Positions 24,786 to 38,380 of a stretch of DNA of 64,000 bases are shown piece by piece. The position numbers were made by a program, and so were the translations under genes. This DNA comes from Auanema rhodensis (lineage: Eukaryota; Animalia; Nematoda). Where the stretch lies: the NCBI GenBank assembly GCA_964057225.1, contig OZ059894.1, positions 15,128,001 through 15,192,000 of the forward strand. The letters are read 5' to 3'. The notes below the pieces were generated by a model, which was not told the DNA's origin, made no database searches, and saw only the letters and a program-made list of their open reading frames with translations. Positions within the stretch are counted from its first letter, which is position 1; each line of letters begins with the position of its first letter.

Positions 24786-27685
24786 ATGAATCAAAATCCT
24801 CTTCAACCAGAAAATTCAGGGTATATTCGAACACGAATCAGCTGGTAGGTTATAATTGACGATCAATAGGCATATTTGGTTGGTTTTACGTTTGTTATTC
24901 TAAAACAAAGACAGGCTGTATGAAATCTAGAGGCTATTCATATAGTTATTCTGTTCATATTCGTCCTTTATCCATCTCTTCCTTCATTTATCTTACTCCC
25001 CCCCCCCTCTCTCTTTCTCTCTCTTTATCTTACTTCCCCCTCTCTCTCTCTCTCTTTATCTTTGTATTTAAACCTACTTTCCGTATTTTTATTCGTTAGT
25101 ACTCTCTTCCTCCTTCGCCATTTCGTATCTTTTCCTCTTTCTTATTCAGCTTTTTCTTTTCCTATATTCTCGCGTCATTTGAGAATATCTCTTTACCTCT
25201 CCCTCAGTTCGTTTTTCTTTATATCTCTTATTAACAATCATTCTCTCAATTTATTTCTTCCTCTTCTGTTTCCCATAATATTCTTCTTGGAACAGATTCA
25301 TAATTACCTACAAGCTTGAAATTGAACAACGGGATTCTTGATCTCAAATGTTCAAAATTACTTCGGTCATCTTTGAGTTGTTAGCATTTTGTCCATTTCG
25401 GTCATTTTTCCATATTTTAAATATCTCTCGTAATGCAACTTCAGATGGATTTTCTAAAACTTATCTTAACTTATAGAGAAATATAATAAACACACTTATA
25501 GTTTGTATGACCTCTGAATTTGCTGAAAATAATACTTTTCTGATGATTTATATTCTATTTTTAAAATGTTTTTCATACCTTTTTTCGTGATATCTTTCAT
25601 ATTTAGAGGTGTGATGTCAAAATTTTTGATCAAAGTTCTCCCATATATGTATGTCTCAAGTTAATTTTTCATCATTTTTGACATTCAACTGTATATATTC
25701 ACACATAAGACTAGAATTATGTTGATCTTAACACACACGGACAATTTAAGATTTCTTTTTTTCACACCCTGAGTTAACCACCCCCGTTTTCTCGTCCTTC
25801 CCAACTCTCCTCAACCCTCTATTCCTTCGTTGTTTTATGTGATTTTGTGGATTCCTTCTTTATTCGAATTAGTTTTGTGACTCAAACAAAATCTTCACAA
25901 GAATGAACACGTATTCTGAGGTTGAAGACTTCCCTTACGGAAGATCGTGAAGGCGATTACTCTGGATGCTGCCACTCAGCTATTTGCTTTCATCGCGCAT
26001 GAATCCCCTCCAAAGAAAAATATTGTACACGATCAGTGTGACAATATTACTACAAATACTTCTTTTCTTCCTTAATTTTTCTATTTTTTCACGATTGAAA
26101 AAGTTCGTTTAGCATATAGCTCATGAACTATGTATAGTATACACCAGCGTGACTTCTAAAACGCCTCCAGTCTCATACATAATTGTCGGAAAATGCATGT
26201 TTTTCTCAAAATCATAAAGTTATTTGGAGAATATAAAAATGATTTTTGACCTAGCTTTCAAGATCATCATATATAAATAAATATAAGTTTGCGTCAACTT
26301 TTCAAGAGCTTGTTTAGTACATCAAGTACAGATGCATCCTTATTCGAATGAACTTGAAGTTTTCTCATTTAACCGAAATTCCTCCGTTTGTCATGATGAT
26401 GTTGTTGTGAATGACAACCCTCCGACAAAACGCTGACATCGTCTTAAAACAAGTTGCAATGAGCCCAATAGATGAAACAGTCTCAGCATTTTCAAACATT
26501 TAAATTGATATTCCCCGTTATATTTCCGGTGGGATTTGCAATAACTTGAAAAGCCTTGTATAACTATCCTCCAGATGTTTGATATTCTGACACATTCTCA
26601 TGGATTTATGCTTACATCTTTGATTTTCGGCTGATGATTCTTATTCTTATTCAATGCAAGCTTTGCCTTTTCCTATGTGAGCAAAGTAATTGTGCTGAAC
26701 TTACGTAAGCAAAAGTGCTAGGTTCATATCCCGCTATTCTAAATTCCAAAGCTAACGCCCTCACTAGCATGAAATTTCATTTTTGATGTGTAACCTTCGA
26801 CAATTTAATCGCTTTAATTCAAAGTTTTCCCTTCAATTCTCCTAAATTTTTTGATTATTTTTTCAGGAACCTCCAGACCAATAGTAAGTGGATTTGCTTT
26901 AGAACATTTCTTTTATAATTTTACTTTCATTATGAGTGGTTATTTCTTTTTTTAGTCATTTTAAAAAACAATTTTCTTTTTAAAAGATTCTTATTAATTA
27001 GAAAAATTAATTAAGATCACTTCAGACATTCTAAATGTCTTATATGTCATTCATAAACAAAATCATTACTCATTTTGCTTTGTCTTCAATCGAATCATCA
27101 ATGAGTCCTTATTCATTTTAAAAATTTTCTCAAAAGTTTTCGTTTTTTGCAACAAAACAGTTGATATTTATGTATCCTTGTGGCTATCAGAGTATAAAAA
27201 CATAACATGGACATCAAAAAGATTGAAATATTTTCCACTTTCTGTTTATTTAATCGATGTGTCGTCTTTTAAATCTGATTATCGCAGATTTCTTTTCAAA
27301 TTTCCGCTTTTTCTGACGTAATATTCTCAATAATTGATCAAAAACGACATTAGAACAGCTAAATAGTGAGCTTCTGGGACATGCGAACCCTGTCATTTTT
27401 CCTATTCTTTTCCGTTTTGCCGTAATCGCTAAATAACTGAATAAAGACCAAAGTAACAAACTGTTCAACGACATGGTGCTTCGTATATCTCAGATTCTCG
27501 TGAATGCTAACAAGCTATTTAGATAATCGAATATATATGTTTCTAAGACTTATCTAGAGATCATGAACCGATTAAAAGAAAATGGATACGTTACACATGA
27601 ACTTCTGATGATGAAATGCATCGTCGTTCATCATCATTTGCCTCATAGTCTTTGAACATACAGATATATAAAGATAGAAAAAGAT

Positions 27686-27716
<31 letters not shown>

Positions 27717-27973
27717 AGTGCCCTAGTCAGATGCATATGTATATAGTATGAATGTATATTGAATATAAGAAAATAACCCAAAAGAATATTTTAATAGCAA
27801 AATCAGAGTGACATTGTTTTTGTCACTCAAGAATTTATATAGTTCACTGTCTTCTGTTTTTAACGGAAAATGCATTGTGAAACAACTACATTTGAGTTTC
27901 GTTCTTCCTTCTTACTTTGTTTCTTCCTCATTGCGATGGCTTTTACTTGTCTGAAGAACGCAAAGTTTTCAAG

Positions 27974-28023
<50 letters not shown>

Positions 28024-30961
28024 GGAATAAGAGGGTGATTGAGTAAGTAAGTAAGAGATAATTAAGAAAATAATCCAAATAAAAAGGTAAAGTGAAACAA
28101 GCAAGAGCTTAAATCTGCTTAGGCATTATCTATTTGTATCACACATTCATTGCTTTTTTTTGCGTATTTCATCTCTTTTTTGTTGTCTGGGCTTTACATA
28201 CATACGTTGCGAACAGTTAATTCAATTTGTATTTTTCTAATTTTTCTTTCTTTTTTTGTAAGAAAATATTTTATGATGAGCAGAGACTTTGTCCCCTCTT
28301 TCATTCCTTCCAAGTTCTTAACATTTCCTGTTTTTTTTTCAATAAGATTATTTATTTTTTGCTCAGAAAAAATGAAGAAGAGATAAAAAAATATATATTT
28401 ATGCATCTATAGTTAGATATATATATAGTATATTTCATTTTTTTTCATCTTCAATATAATATATATTGAAAGTATATATATACATATATGTATCACTTAT
28501 TTTGCATCATTATACTCTTTTTACTTGTTATAAAGAGTTGTTGAAAGACTCTGCTGAACTTATTTTTCAAAGCTGTCATGGCCAAAATCCGGAAACAAGA
28601 GAAATAGTTTAGGAAAATTGAAAACATTATCTTAGAATTGAATTCTGTTAAGTTTTAAGTAGTAAGAAGGACTATCCACATATTTACAACGTAAATATAT
28701 TTCATTTTGTCTTTTTTTTCGAAACGATAGATCAGTTGAAATGTACATACATTTGTCTTTCAATATCATTATAATATTTATTATTATAAACATTGTTATA
28801 ATAAAGTTATTTTAAGATAAAATACAAGATATAAATAAACTATATATATATATATATATAATATTAATAGTATATATGTATATTTATTATATTTAACATT
28901 ATTTAATCATCTAGAGAATATTCATAAAGAAAAAAAATTGTTTCTCCTTTTTCAATCAACATTAGATTTTTTTTTCTTCGAAATTTCATATAAATTTATA
29001 TAAAATATATATACATATACACATATATATATATACAAATGTACATGTATAAGCGATAAGATCATTTACTTATTCATATAACATGTACATATTTGTTTTT
29101 CCCGTATCACAATCACTGTTTTTCTGCCTGTCTGAACTTAGAGAATATGCTCGTTATTCCTTTTATATTATTTCATATTGTTTCTTTATTTTGTTGGTAA
29201 ACATCCCTTCTTTTTCTTGTTTAAATGTTGTAATTTTAACTATTATACAACTGATTACTATTATCTATTTCTTCTTTTTTTTCACTTTTTTCATACTTCA
29301 TATAAGTATTTGTAAACATTCATATGTATATTTATAAATATATGCTAATCACGTACACGTGTTTCTAATTATTTTATTTTTTTTTCTTCTTCAAGAACGG
29401 TTGCATATATTATATTTTACTTAAAATATCTTATATTCATATATCATTCACCTGTTTTAACTTATGGTTTTTCTGCAAAATCTTTTCTTTTTTGAAAAAA
29501 TTATGTTTTGCTTTCTTTTTTTAGTTTTTCTTCTTCTTATTCTTTTTTTCTTTTTTTAAAAATTTAAAAGAAGAGTAAATCCTAAGAGAAAGTATGTAGG
29601 TGCACATGAATATGTAATAAACTCTTATGAATGTTTCTATTTCATTTGCTTAAATCATAACTATTCTATCTTTTTTCTCTTCTAATCACTCACTGATATT
29701 TGATACTTAAGGTTAATAATTTATATTTCTGATTAATAACTGAGCACATCAGGCTCGGGTACCTATAACCCTCGTTTGTTTTCACATTATGAATAAAACA
29801 AGCATTTTTAAAATTTGTATCCAACATGAAACACCAAATTTTAACTAAACAGATAGCTTAGTTAGTTTATTTTTAACTATATATTTTTCCTTATTTTCAA
29901 GTACAAAATAAGGCTAAGCGTTCAATGATTCGCAGTTCAATCATTTGAAAATCCCGGGTGGAGTCTGAGTGAGTTACTCGAACATGTGTTCTTATTTTGT
30001 TTTGTTGTTACTTTATGTATTAATTCATTGTGTAATATATTTTTGTTTTAATTATCGTTACTATATATTAATTTTTTTCTTTCTTTTTAGTTTTATTGAT
30101 ATTTTTTTTGTCTTTTCAGCTAAGGAAAAATTTTCTAGATTCATCATGTGAAATGAGTACAGCATTTCCAATATTCAACTCATTGGTACGTTATCATTAT
30201 TCATATTTCTAAGAAAAAAATGTTAAAGCTGATCTTTTTTTTGTTGTTTTTCTTTAGTATTTTACATATAAAGTTTATTCTTCATTATTTTTGTTTTAGG
30301 AAACGTGTGAGGAGAGTTGTACAACAAGTCTTTCCCATTGTCTTTTGTCTGGACATTCGGATTTATATGTCTGTAAACTAAATATCACATTATTTGCTGG
30401 AATTATAGTATTAGCTGTAGGAACAGGTTAGACATCTTATTTTGAAAATTCAAATTGTTTATTTAGCTAATAAGAAAATTACTTTTGGGTTTGATTACTT
30501 AAACAATTAAATTCAAATTCAAAAATACATTAATGTTTATTAATTATACATTAGTTTTTTATTTATTATAGGGGTTGTTATACCTTTAACTATATTATAT
30601 TGCTATTTAATGGAATGCCGACCTTTTTGTACTGCACGAGGTGGACCAGCAACAGATGAAGAAAGACAAGGCCTTAATTCTTATAATGTTCAAGGTTTGT
30701 ATAATATCTGTTTTTTTTCTCATAAATTATATTATATTCTTAATACTTAATTGCCCATTTTTTAATTGAAAATTATATTTTTCAGTTTCAATCTCAGGGT
30801 CCGATGATGGAAATTTAATGCCTTCAGTTGTTCGGAGAGAAACAAGTCAAATTTCAAGACTATCCGTAAGTTCATGTAACAACTATATCGTCTAAAAGGA
30901 AATAAAATAATTTCTATTATAGAATCCTAGTAGCTTTCGAGAACTCAAGTCAATAGCTTAA
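24786..30961 (+). CDS. Uncharacterised single-pass membrane protein with small Cys-rich segment; 5' microexons tentative
   Basis: Core exons 30139-30961 give MSTAFPIFNSL/ETCEESCTTSLSHCLLSGHSDLYVCKLNITLFAGIIVLAVGTG/VVIPLTILYCYLMEC...ELKSIA*. Upstream exons 24786-24844, 26867-26883 and 29936-29968 chain in frame. Confidence 0.6.
27977..28020. repeat. (GA)22 microsatellite
   Basis: Read directly from the sequence. Confidence 0.95.
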
Positions 30962-33518
30962 TCGTCCATACAAGTATCATGTTAAGATGACAAATAATGT
31001 TTTTCCATTTGATTGCTCGAACGAATGTTTCTATAAAACCTTTTCTTCAGTTTTAACTGATATATAGGTGACTGGTATATTACTTGTTATGCTTGGTTTT
31101 TCTATTATTTTGAACATAAATTTGTTCAAAAATTAAATAAATCTGCTCACTTTTGCTTAACTGTTTATCTAATCGAATAAGATTATAAAGCAGTTATAAA
31201 AATAGTTTATTAAATTTCAAGTACATTTCAACTGATAACATTTCATAAACTAAACTAATATGACATTTTTTTTAACTATTTTATTTACATAACTTTTATA
31301 AAAACAAATTATTTTGCAAAAAAAGGAATAACATCAAATCTAGGTTAATATTATAAATCGTTTTGTTATGTTTATTTTATTTATACAAATTGTATCAGTT
31401 AAAGGTTAACAATATAATATGTCATAAACTTTTAATTTTTTTATAACTCAAACAATGCAAAAAAACCTTGAAAATGTTTCTTGAAAAGGTTCATGAAACA
31501 TGTTTTATGCAAAGATACATGTAGAATGTTATAGCTATTGAACGAAGTTACATATGCTAAACGAGTGTGTTGACGGAAATCTTTCTGATTATAAGAAAAA
31601 AAATTCTATTTCAAATCATCATAACTATTCTTGGAAGATAACACAGAGGGCATTTGTGTAAACTAACTTCAATCTCAATTGTAAAATCAGAAGGATGGAC
31701 GGGATGAGCTTAGTGCTTAGATTTACATATTCATTCTATTTTGCTATTTTTTCAAATAATTTTACTATTTTGATAAATTTTCTTACACAAAATTGTAAAA
31801 TTTAACAAACACCCGTTTCGATCCCATAGTTCGTATTGTTGTTTGTTAGTTTTTTTTGAAGAGGATGAAAAGAGTGTTGAATTGTGAATACTGGTCAACC
31901 GCGCAACTTCTAAATCGGTCAACCGTCAGGTATTTATTCGTTACAAAAGTTGCGATGTTCCTTGATAAACATGCAGAGAAACAAATAAATAAAAGAAAAA
32001 AAGAGAGATGCAGATAGTTTGAGAGCGAAATGAGACAGCAATAGGAAAAGGAAATATATAAAACAGCTATATGGGCAAAATGAACCATCACTACACCCAC
32101 CTCTCTCTCTCTATCTCTCCCTCTCTCTCATTCAATTTCGTTCTCCCTCTCTCTTCCAATCTCTCAGGTTCTCTCTCTGTTTCTCCGTTTTTTACCATTA
32201 TCTATTACTTCAGTCTCTACCTATCCTTGTTCAATTTTGCTGACGCCCGTTGGTCTATCTACTAGCTAGCTAGCCTATAACCGTTCGCTCGTTCAACTGT
32301 TGTTTATTTGTGTTTGCTGTTTGCATTTTGTGCGAACACCTTGGTGCCTGGCATCAAACGACACCGATCAGTGACTGTAATGAATAGAGAGAGTTAAATA
32401 GATTGAAAACTGGAGATTCAGTTGTCAAACTAATCGAAACATTCATGAACATACACGCTACATGTGAGGAGATAAAGAAGATAGAAGAAAAATTAGAGAT
32501 AACAATAAGACAATAGAGAATAGAGAAAGAGAAGAAAAAGTGAGAAGAGAAACTCATAGCAAAGATGTTAGAGGAGGTCAGCCGTTCTAGAAATCTGCCA
32601 AAAATAAATAAAATGCGTGAAGTTCACGTAAATGACGTGACGCCGTGCGACAGATAGGAACACGTAATTAGTTTAAACGAAAGTTTAAAAACATTAATTA
32701 TAAACAAATAAACAACATTCAATTACTGTTTATTGTTTGCAAAAATATTCTTAGAATCTTAATAATTTTCAAAAAAGAAATGGAAGAATAGAAATTTGAT
32801 TTCTTTTGAATACATCTGTTAAGGAAACTAAACTATAAATATCTAATTAAGAATGTTCATCAGCTAAAAGAATATTTATATAGTTTATATTCATCAATAA
32901 ACGATGTAATAACCTATTAACAAGTTTAATTTTTGACTTTTAAGCAGTTAGAATGATCATTTTACACTCATGAGTTCTATTTTTCCTTCAGAGAAAACTA
33001 AAAGATAGACATATATCTTGAAGAGCAGGTTTTGACACAAAAAAATCGGCCAACGGTCAGTAAATGAAAAAGATTGTTCATTTGAATGTTGAGCATTGTT
33101 GTTAAGATGTGTTCGAAGTTTATGAAGAATATTGTAACAAAGAAAGTTTTATTAAAAAATTAAAAAAAATTGATAATAAAACATAAAAAATATTTATAGA
33201 AATAATGAAACTTTAAAATTTTGATTATAACACATGTTATCAGATGTGCTGATACATCTTTTTCACTAATCATTTAACAGCATGTCAAAAGCCTCTTCAT
33301 CATGCTGACCTATGAAGTATAATTATCATTATATGCCCAAAATTATATTTGTTTCTGTGTTAAAAGATAACAAAAATTATAATTTCTTCAGTTTAAACAT
33401 AGAATTCATCTGTTTATCTCAAGATTTTATCGTTTGAATAACATACCAATGGATTGCACTTGATACAATGACACGCATCTAAAGCTTCGGTAAATGATAA
33501 AAGCTTATTTGGAATCAT

Positions 33519-33563
33519 ATTTAGTTGGAAATGTAGAAGAAAGAATTTAGTTGGAAATGTAGA
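33519..33563. repeat. 19-bp direct repeat ATTTAGTTGGAAATGTAGA x2, 26-bp period
   Basis: Copies at 33519-33537 and 33545-33563. Confidence 0.9.
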
Positions 33564-34246
33564 CAGAAGAAGAAAGGTCAGATGAGTCAATTGTTTTTGT
33601 AAGAAAAATGAAAAATCAGCAAATATTATAGCATTAACATGATCATAGCATACTCATCAACAGGAATGTTTGTCGTAAAAAGCCGTCAAATAGTAGTATC
33701 CCTTTTGAAGTTTTCTTCTATTTCATTTAATTAATAAAACATCTCTTTTTCAAATAATATAAGAACTTTTTTTCAATTTTTTCTTTATTCTATTATTCTT
33801 TTTGTCTTTCTTTTTTTTAATTTTTAAAAAGTAAAAAGTTATTGTGATCATGTTGTTGTCTTTATCGTTTATTTGATTTTCTACGAAAAAAAAAATGGAC
33901 GTTGAGTATTAGACCCCTCTCACATCTCCTACTTTCTAAACAAAACTTTTTCAAATCAACAAGGTGTTCTAATAAAAAAAAAGAAATTTTCTTGAATGTA
34001 TATTTGTTTATATTTCATAATATAATCCCATAAACATCATTTTATTTTATGATAATAGTAATGTTACCTTGTATAGGATGTTTCATATTGGTACGAAATG
34101 TTGAAAGAAAATAAACAAACAAACAAATTTATTGAAAAAAAAATTTCCTATGAGGTCGAACGCAATCTCTGACCTGTTCATAAGCGAGGCCGTTCATTTC
34201 ACCATTTCTCTGGTAAACAGACGGAAAAGTTGCATTTCTTACACAG

Positions 34247-34263
34247 CCCCCCCCCCCCCCCCC
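34247..34263. repeat. C17 homopolymer (G17 on minus strand)
   Basis: Read directly from the sequence. Confidence 0.9.
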
Positions 34264-37200
34264 TTTCTTCCTCTCTCTCTCTCTACCTTTCTTTTATCAT
34301 TTTCCCTCTTTGCCAGCTCTTACTTTTTCTGTTAAAAATGTCTTCTTTTTTCTGGTCAAAAATTAATGTCATGAAGGTTTAGCTTTAAAGTTTTTTTTCT
34401 TCTTTACAAATGTTGTCATTATTGAAGTTAAAAAAAAGAAGATCAACTTCTTCCTACATTCCATATCCACAAATCCATTTATGTTTTCATCAGTAGTTGT
34501 TAGTCTGTACAAACTTTAATTATCATTCATAAGTTTTAAATATATTCTCTATTGTTCAGTACATATCAATATTTTTATTTTGATAAACATTTATAGTTTT
34601 TCGAAAAAAAAAGAAAAATAATCTAACATCTAAGAGTTAATTTTCGAATGTTTTTCTTGTCCAATTCATGAATGCTATAATCCGTCACACCATAACCTGT
34701 ACCCATAGGTACACATGCACACAAAAACTTTTTTTTTTGATTTAACATCATTCATTCCGATAATTACTTTTCTCGAAAAACAGAAAGATTGAACTCAATG
34801 AATATCCCCTATTCAGCATGTATAATAGTTTATGAGAATAGATAAGAAATCAGTTTATTTTGAAAAATTTAATAAAATATCATCAGAGCAATTTCGAAAT
34901 TAAATAATAAATTTGAGAAACAACATACTGAACCTGCCTTTCATGTTATACGTGATCTATACATGGTATGATTCACGCGTGTGATATCCATGAAAATACA
35001 AATATTTTTCTATTTAATTTAATTATTTTCTATAAATGTATTATTTATTACTATATATATATCATATATATGTATAGATATATCTATATACATCTTAATA
35101 TAAACTATTATGTATCTCAATATACTCAATAGACTATACTAAATTCGTTAATTGTGTGTTACCTGATAAGGCTCACACAATGATGATACCGCGAACGGCT
35201 CACCTTTCATTTTTCAGGTACAACACCGTTCAAAAAATTTTGCAACACAGAAAAATGTCTTATCAACCTATGAGAGCCTTACCTAACGTACACGGTGACT
35301 GGCAGTGATAGTCTATTGTTTAGAGGGATAGGAGTTCCTCCAGTCCTGAAACAACCGTTCGACCAGCCTCAGCCGACATGCCGATGGCCTCTGCTCTTTT
35401 CAACTTGCATTCACCTTACATTTTTTTTCACATACTTTCTTTAATTTGTTTGTATTCATAATGCTATGAGGTTTTTCATTTATGAAATTAAGTTGATATA
35501 GGCTTATCTCAAATCTTCTCTGCTTTGATTGCTTGAAGATATTTTTTGAAAAATTCATTTCTATCTTTTAATAGGAACTGTTGAAACCAGTTAAAAGTAC
35601 CAAATATATTTATATTTATTCATAATTTCTTCTTTTTTTTTCAAAAACTTTAATCTGTTTATCGAAACAACTTTCTCTATAAATTATAATTTTTTGCATG
35701 TTTTTCTTTACAAACGAACAGAAAGAAATTGATGAAGAAGAGGAGAGAGATAAAAAAATTGGAAAAAATTGAGGAGATAGAGGGTGGAAGAGAAATAAGA
35801 TGCAACTGTTTCTGTCTAGCGCGTGTTAGGAAATGACGTAACATGGACAATGCCGTGTTCAAAATTATTCAAATATGCTAATTTCGAACGTAACTCTGAT
35901 ATGAAGTATTTTGATTTTTGTAAAAAAAAATTTTGCATTTGCAAACATTTCAAAGCTTTCACTTATAGCTTGTCTTCTAATCGAATATTTTACTTCTACT
36001 TGCTTCTTCACACAATAAGAAGTTTGAAAGCTGTAACGAGTGAGAGTATCTGAAATGCAGAGTGATTGAATGAGAACGGAGAAACGAGAAGGACAAGCGT
36101 TACGGGAAGTTCGTTGGTGTGGTTCATCATCAAAATATTTGCACTTCAAGCTACAAGCTGTTTTTTTATTTATTTTTGACTGACATTCGGCAAGTTTTCG
36201 TAGTTTCTGGTGGCAAAAAGAAAAAATGTGGCTAAAATTAGGTTCTAGCCAGTTTCGCAAAGTGGAAAAGCTTGTGAGGTAACCAGCCTTAGTGTGGACC
36301 TAAGCTAGCTTTAGCTCAAGTTTTGTTGACGTTCCGGACGTGAAAACGTGTCCGGAAGCCGTCCAACGTTTTCATACAGTACAGATAGTATAGAGAGAGA
36401 CAAGAATAGAAATCGAGAGAACAAACTACCAGATTAATTGCAAGTCAGTGAATTGAAGCTTGTGTTACTCGTCAGTTTCTTCTTGACTTCCAAGTCGTCT
36501 GGTTGTCTAAGGATCAAAGCTGCTATCCCTCAACAATCAATCATTCAAGCATGGTAGATATCGCAGCTATACCATCGATGAACCGAAACGGTTTATCTTT
36601 CTCCAATCCACCTATATTATCTTCAGCAGAATTTTATTTGGACTCACAGGTAATAAACTGCCTTATTGGCATAAACTAAAACTTATTCTGATTATCTGAG
36701 AATTACAGTTCATAATAGATAATATGAACCTGCAAAAGCTCAAATCATATAATACATTTTGTAAAATTTGGCTTCAATTATCAACAAAACAATTCATTTC
36801 AAATGAATGTGATAAATTTCAATATGTTCATGTAATCCTTATCTGTTATCGAAGTTTTCGCTGACTTGGAACCTACTTCCTTTTCTCTTAAACTCTGCCC
36901 CCGTTCATCCTCAATCTCCTCCCTTCTAACATGTACCTCTTTTTCTCTCTGTAGTTCATCTTTTCTCTGTAGTTCTCCTTCCCTCTGTGATTCTCCTTCT
37001 CTCTCTCTTTCTCTCTCTGTGAATATTCACCCGAATTTACCTTTTGTTCCGTTCGCAATCTCTCTTCATCTCAATTTTTCAGTCTTTTCTCTATACTTAA
37101 CACTTTATCGATACTTAATTGAAACAGTTTGGTAACCAGTTATTTGCTGTTACAGTTGTTACATCAAATACTTCTATGCTGCCCCCCTTTTTTTCGAAAA

Positions 37201-38264
37201 ATCCAATTGTAAGACATTTCAAGTCTTCTCTATTAGTTTTTCTTTAGTATTCAATAAAGAATATACAAAAAGGTCTTTATTTCTCTTATTTGTTTCTATC
37301 AACCCATAACTTCATTTCATTTTTATAAACAAGATCGCAATACCCATTTAACGTCATTTCAACTTTTATCCGATGTTTTCTTTTTTAAATTTGTATTTAA
37401 AAAATTTTTAATAGGTTTGAACTGAGTTAAGATTCAACGAACATCTAGTTATTAGTTGATTTCAAACTGAAATCCTTTATCATAACATGAAATATGTCAT
37501 TCATTATATTCAATTTATCATATATCTATATAATCTATCTAATCAGTTTAAATGAAATATCTCTCACTTTTTCTCTCTCTTGTAACTTTTTTGCTTTAAA
37601 AAGGTAAATGAACAATACATTTGAAAAATCAAAGTCCCTTCTTCATAAAATAGAAGTGACAAGAGCAAACGAACCTGGTCAATGTCCCTTCACATAGCCT
37701 CTTTTCAAAATTTTGTTTTGCTCTAAAAGGCAATCGAATGAACGTAAAGCTTTAGGAGAAACGTCACGAACAAACAGAAAACAAATAAACAAAAAAGTTC
37801 GAAGCTTGGTCATTTCTATCGTTTTTCTTGTTGTCATCATCATCATCCTCAATGTCATCATATTATAATTGAAATATGCCGATTTCTCAGTGTTTTATGA
37901 AATTTGTTTTTTTTTATTTCCAAGAATTAAAATATTTCGAGTTCACGTAACTTGACGTCAAATTTTGTCTAACTTAACCTCATTTTCTATTTTTGTAGAA
38001 TTAGAATGAGGTTGCATTCTTATATATTTTTCTTTTTTTTTCATCTTTTATACATTTTATGTATTTTTTCGTCTTTTTAACCTCTTTGCTTTTACCGTAT
38101 TGTTGCTGGTACAGGTGGATATGTAAGTCACCAAAAAACGTTGAATAATAATGTAGGTTCGGAGTAATTGTTTACTTGTTTACCAATTTCGCTATACATG
38201 TAGCATACATTTGATTCTCTTCAACCTTTCATTCAAAATTTGCCTCCACTTTACCTCTTCATGC

Positions 38265-38268
<4 letters not shown>

Positions 38269-38306
<38 letters not shown>

Positions 38307-38328
38307 CTGTACCTCTTTGTCTTCTTTC

Positions 38329-38376
<48 letters not shown>
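38269..38376. repeat. Paired (CT)17 and (CT)22 microsatellites
   Basis: 38269-38302 and 38333-38376. Confidence 0.95.

Positions 38377-38380
<4 letters not shown>

Noticed and set aside
26650-26700. miR-87-like GTGAGCAAAGT in a short imperfect hairpin
   Set aside because: Fold is only ~48 nt, the seed end is poorly paired and the 3' half does not match miR-87.
35296-35347. miR-34 seed (TGGCAGTG) within a GACTGG...CCAGTC stem
   Set aside because: Too many mismatches for a pre-miRNA; only the seed matches.
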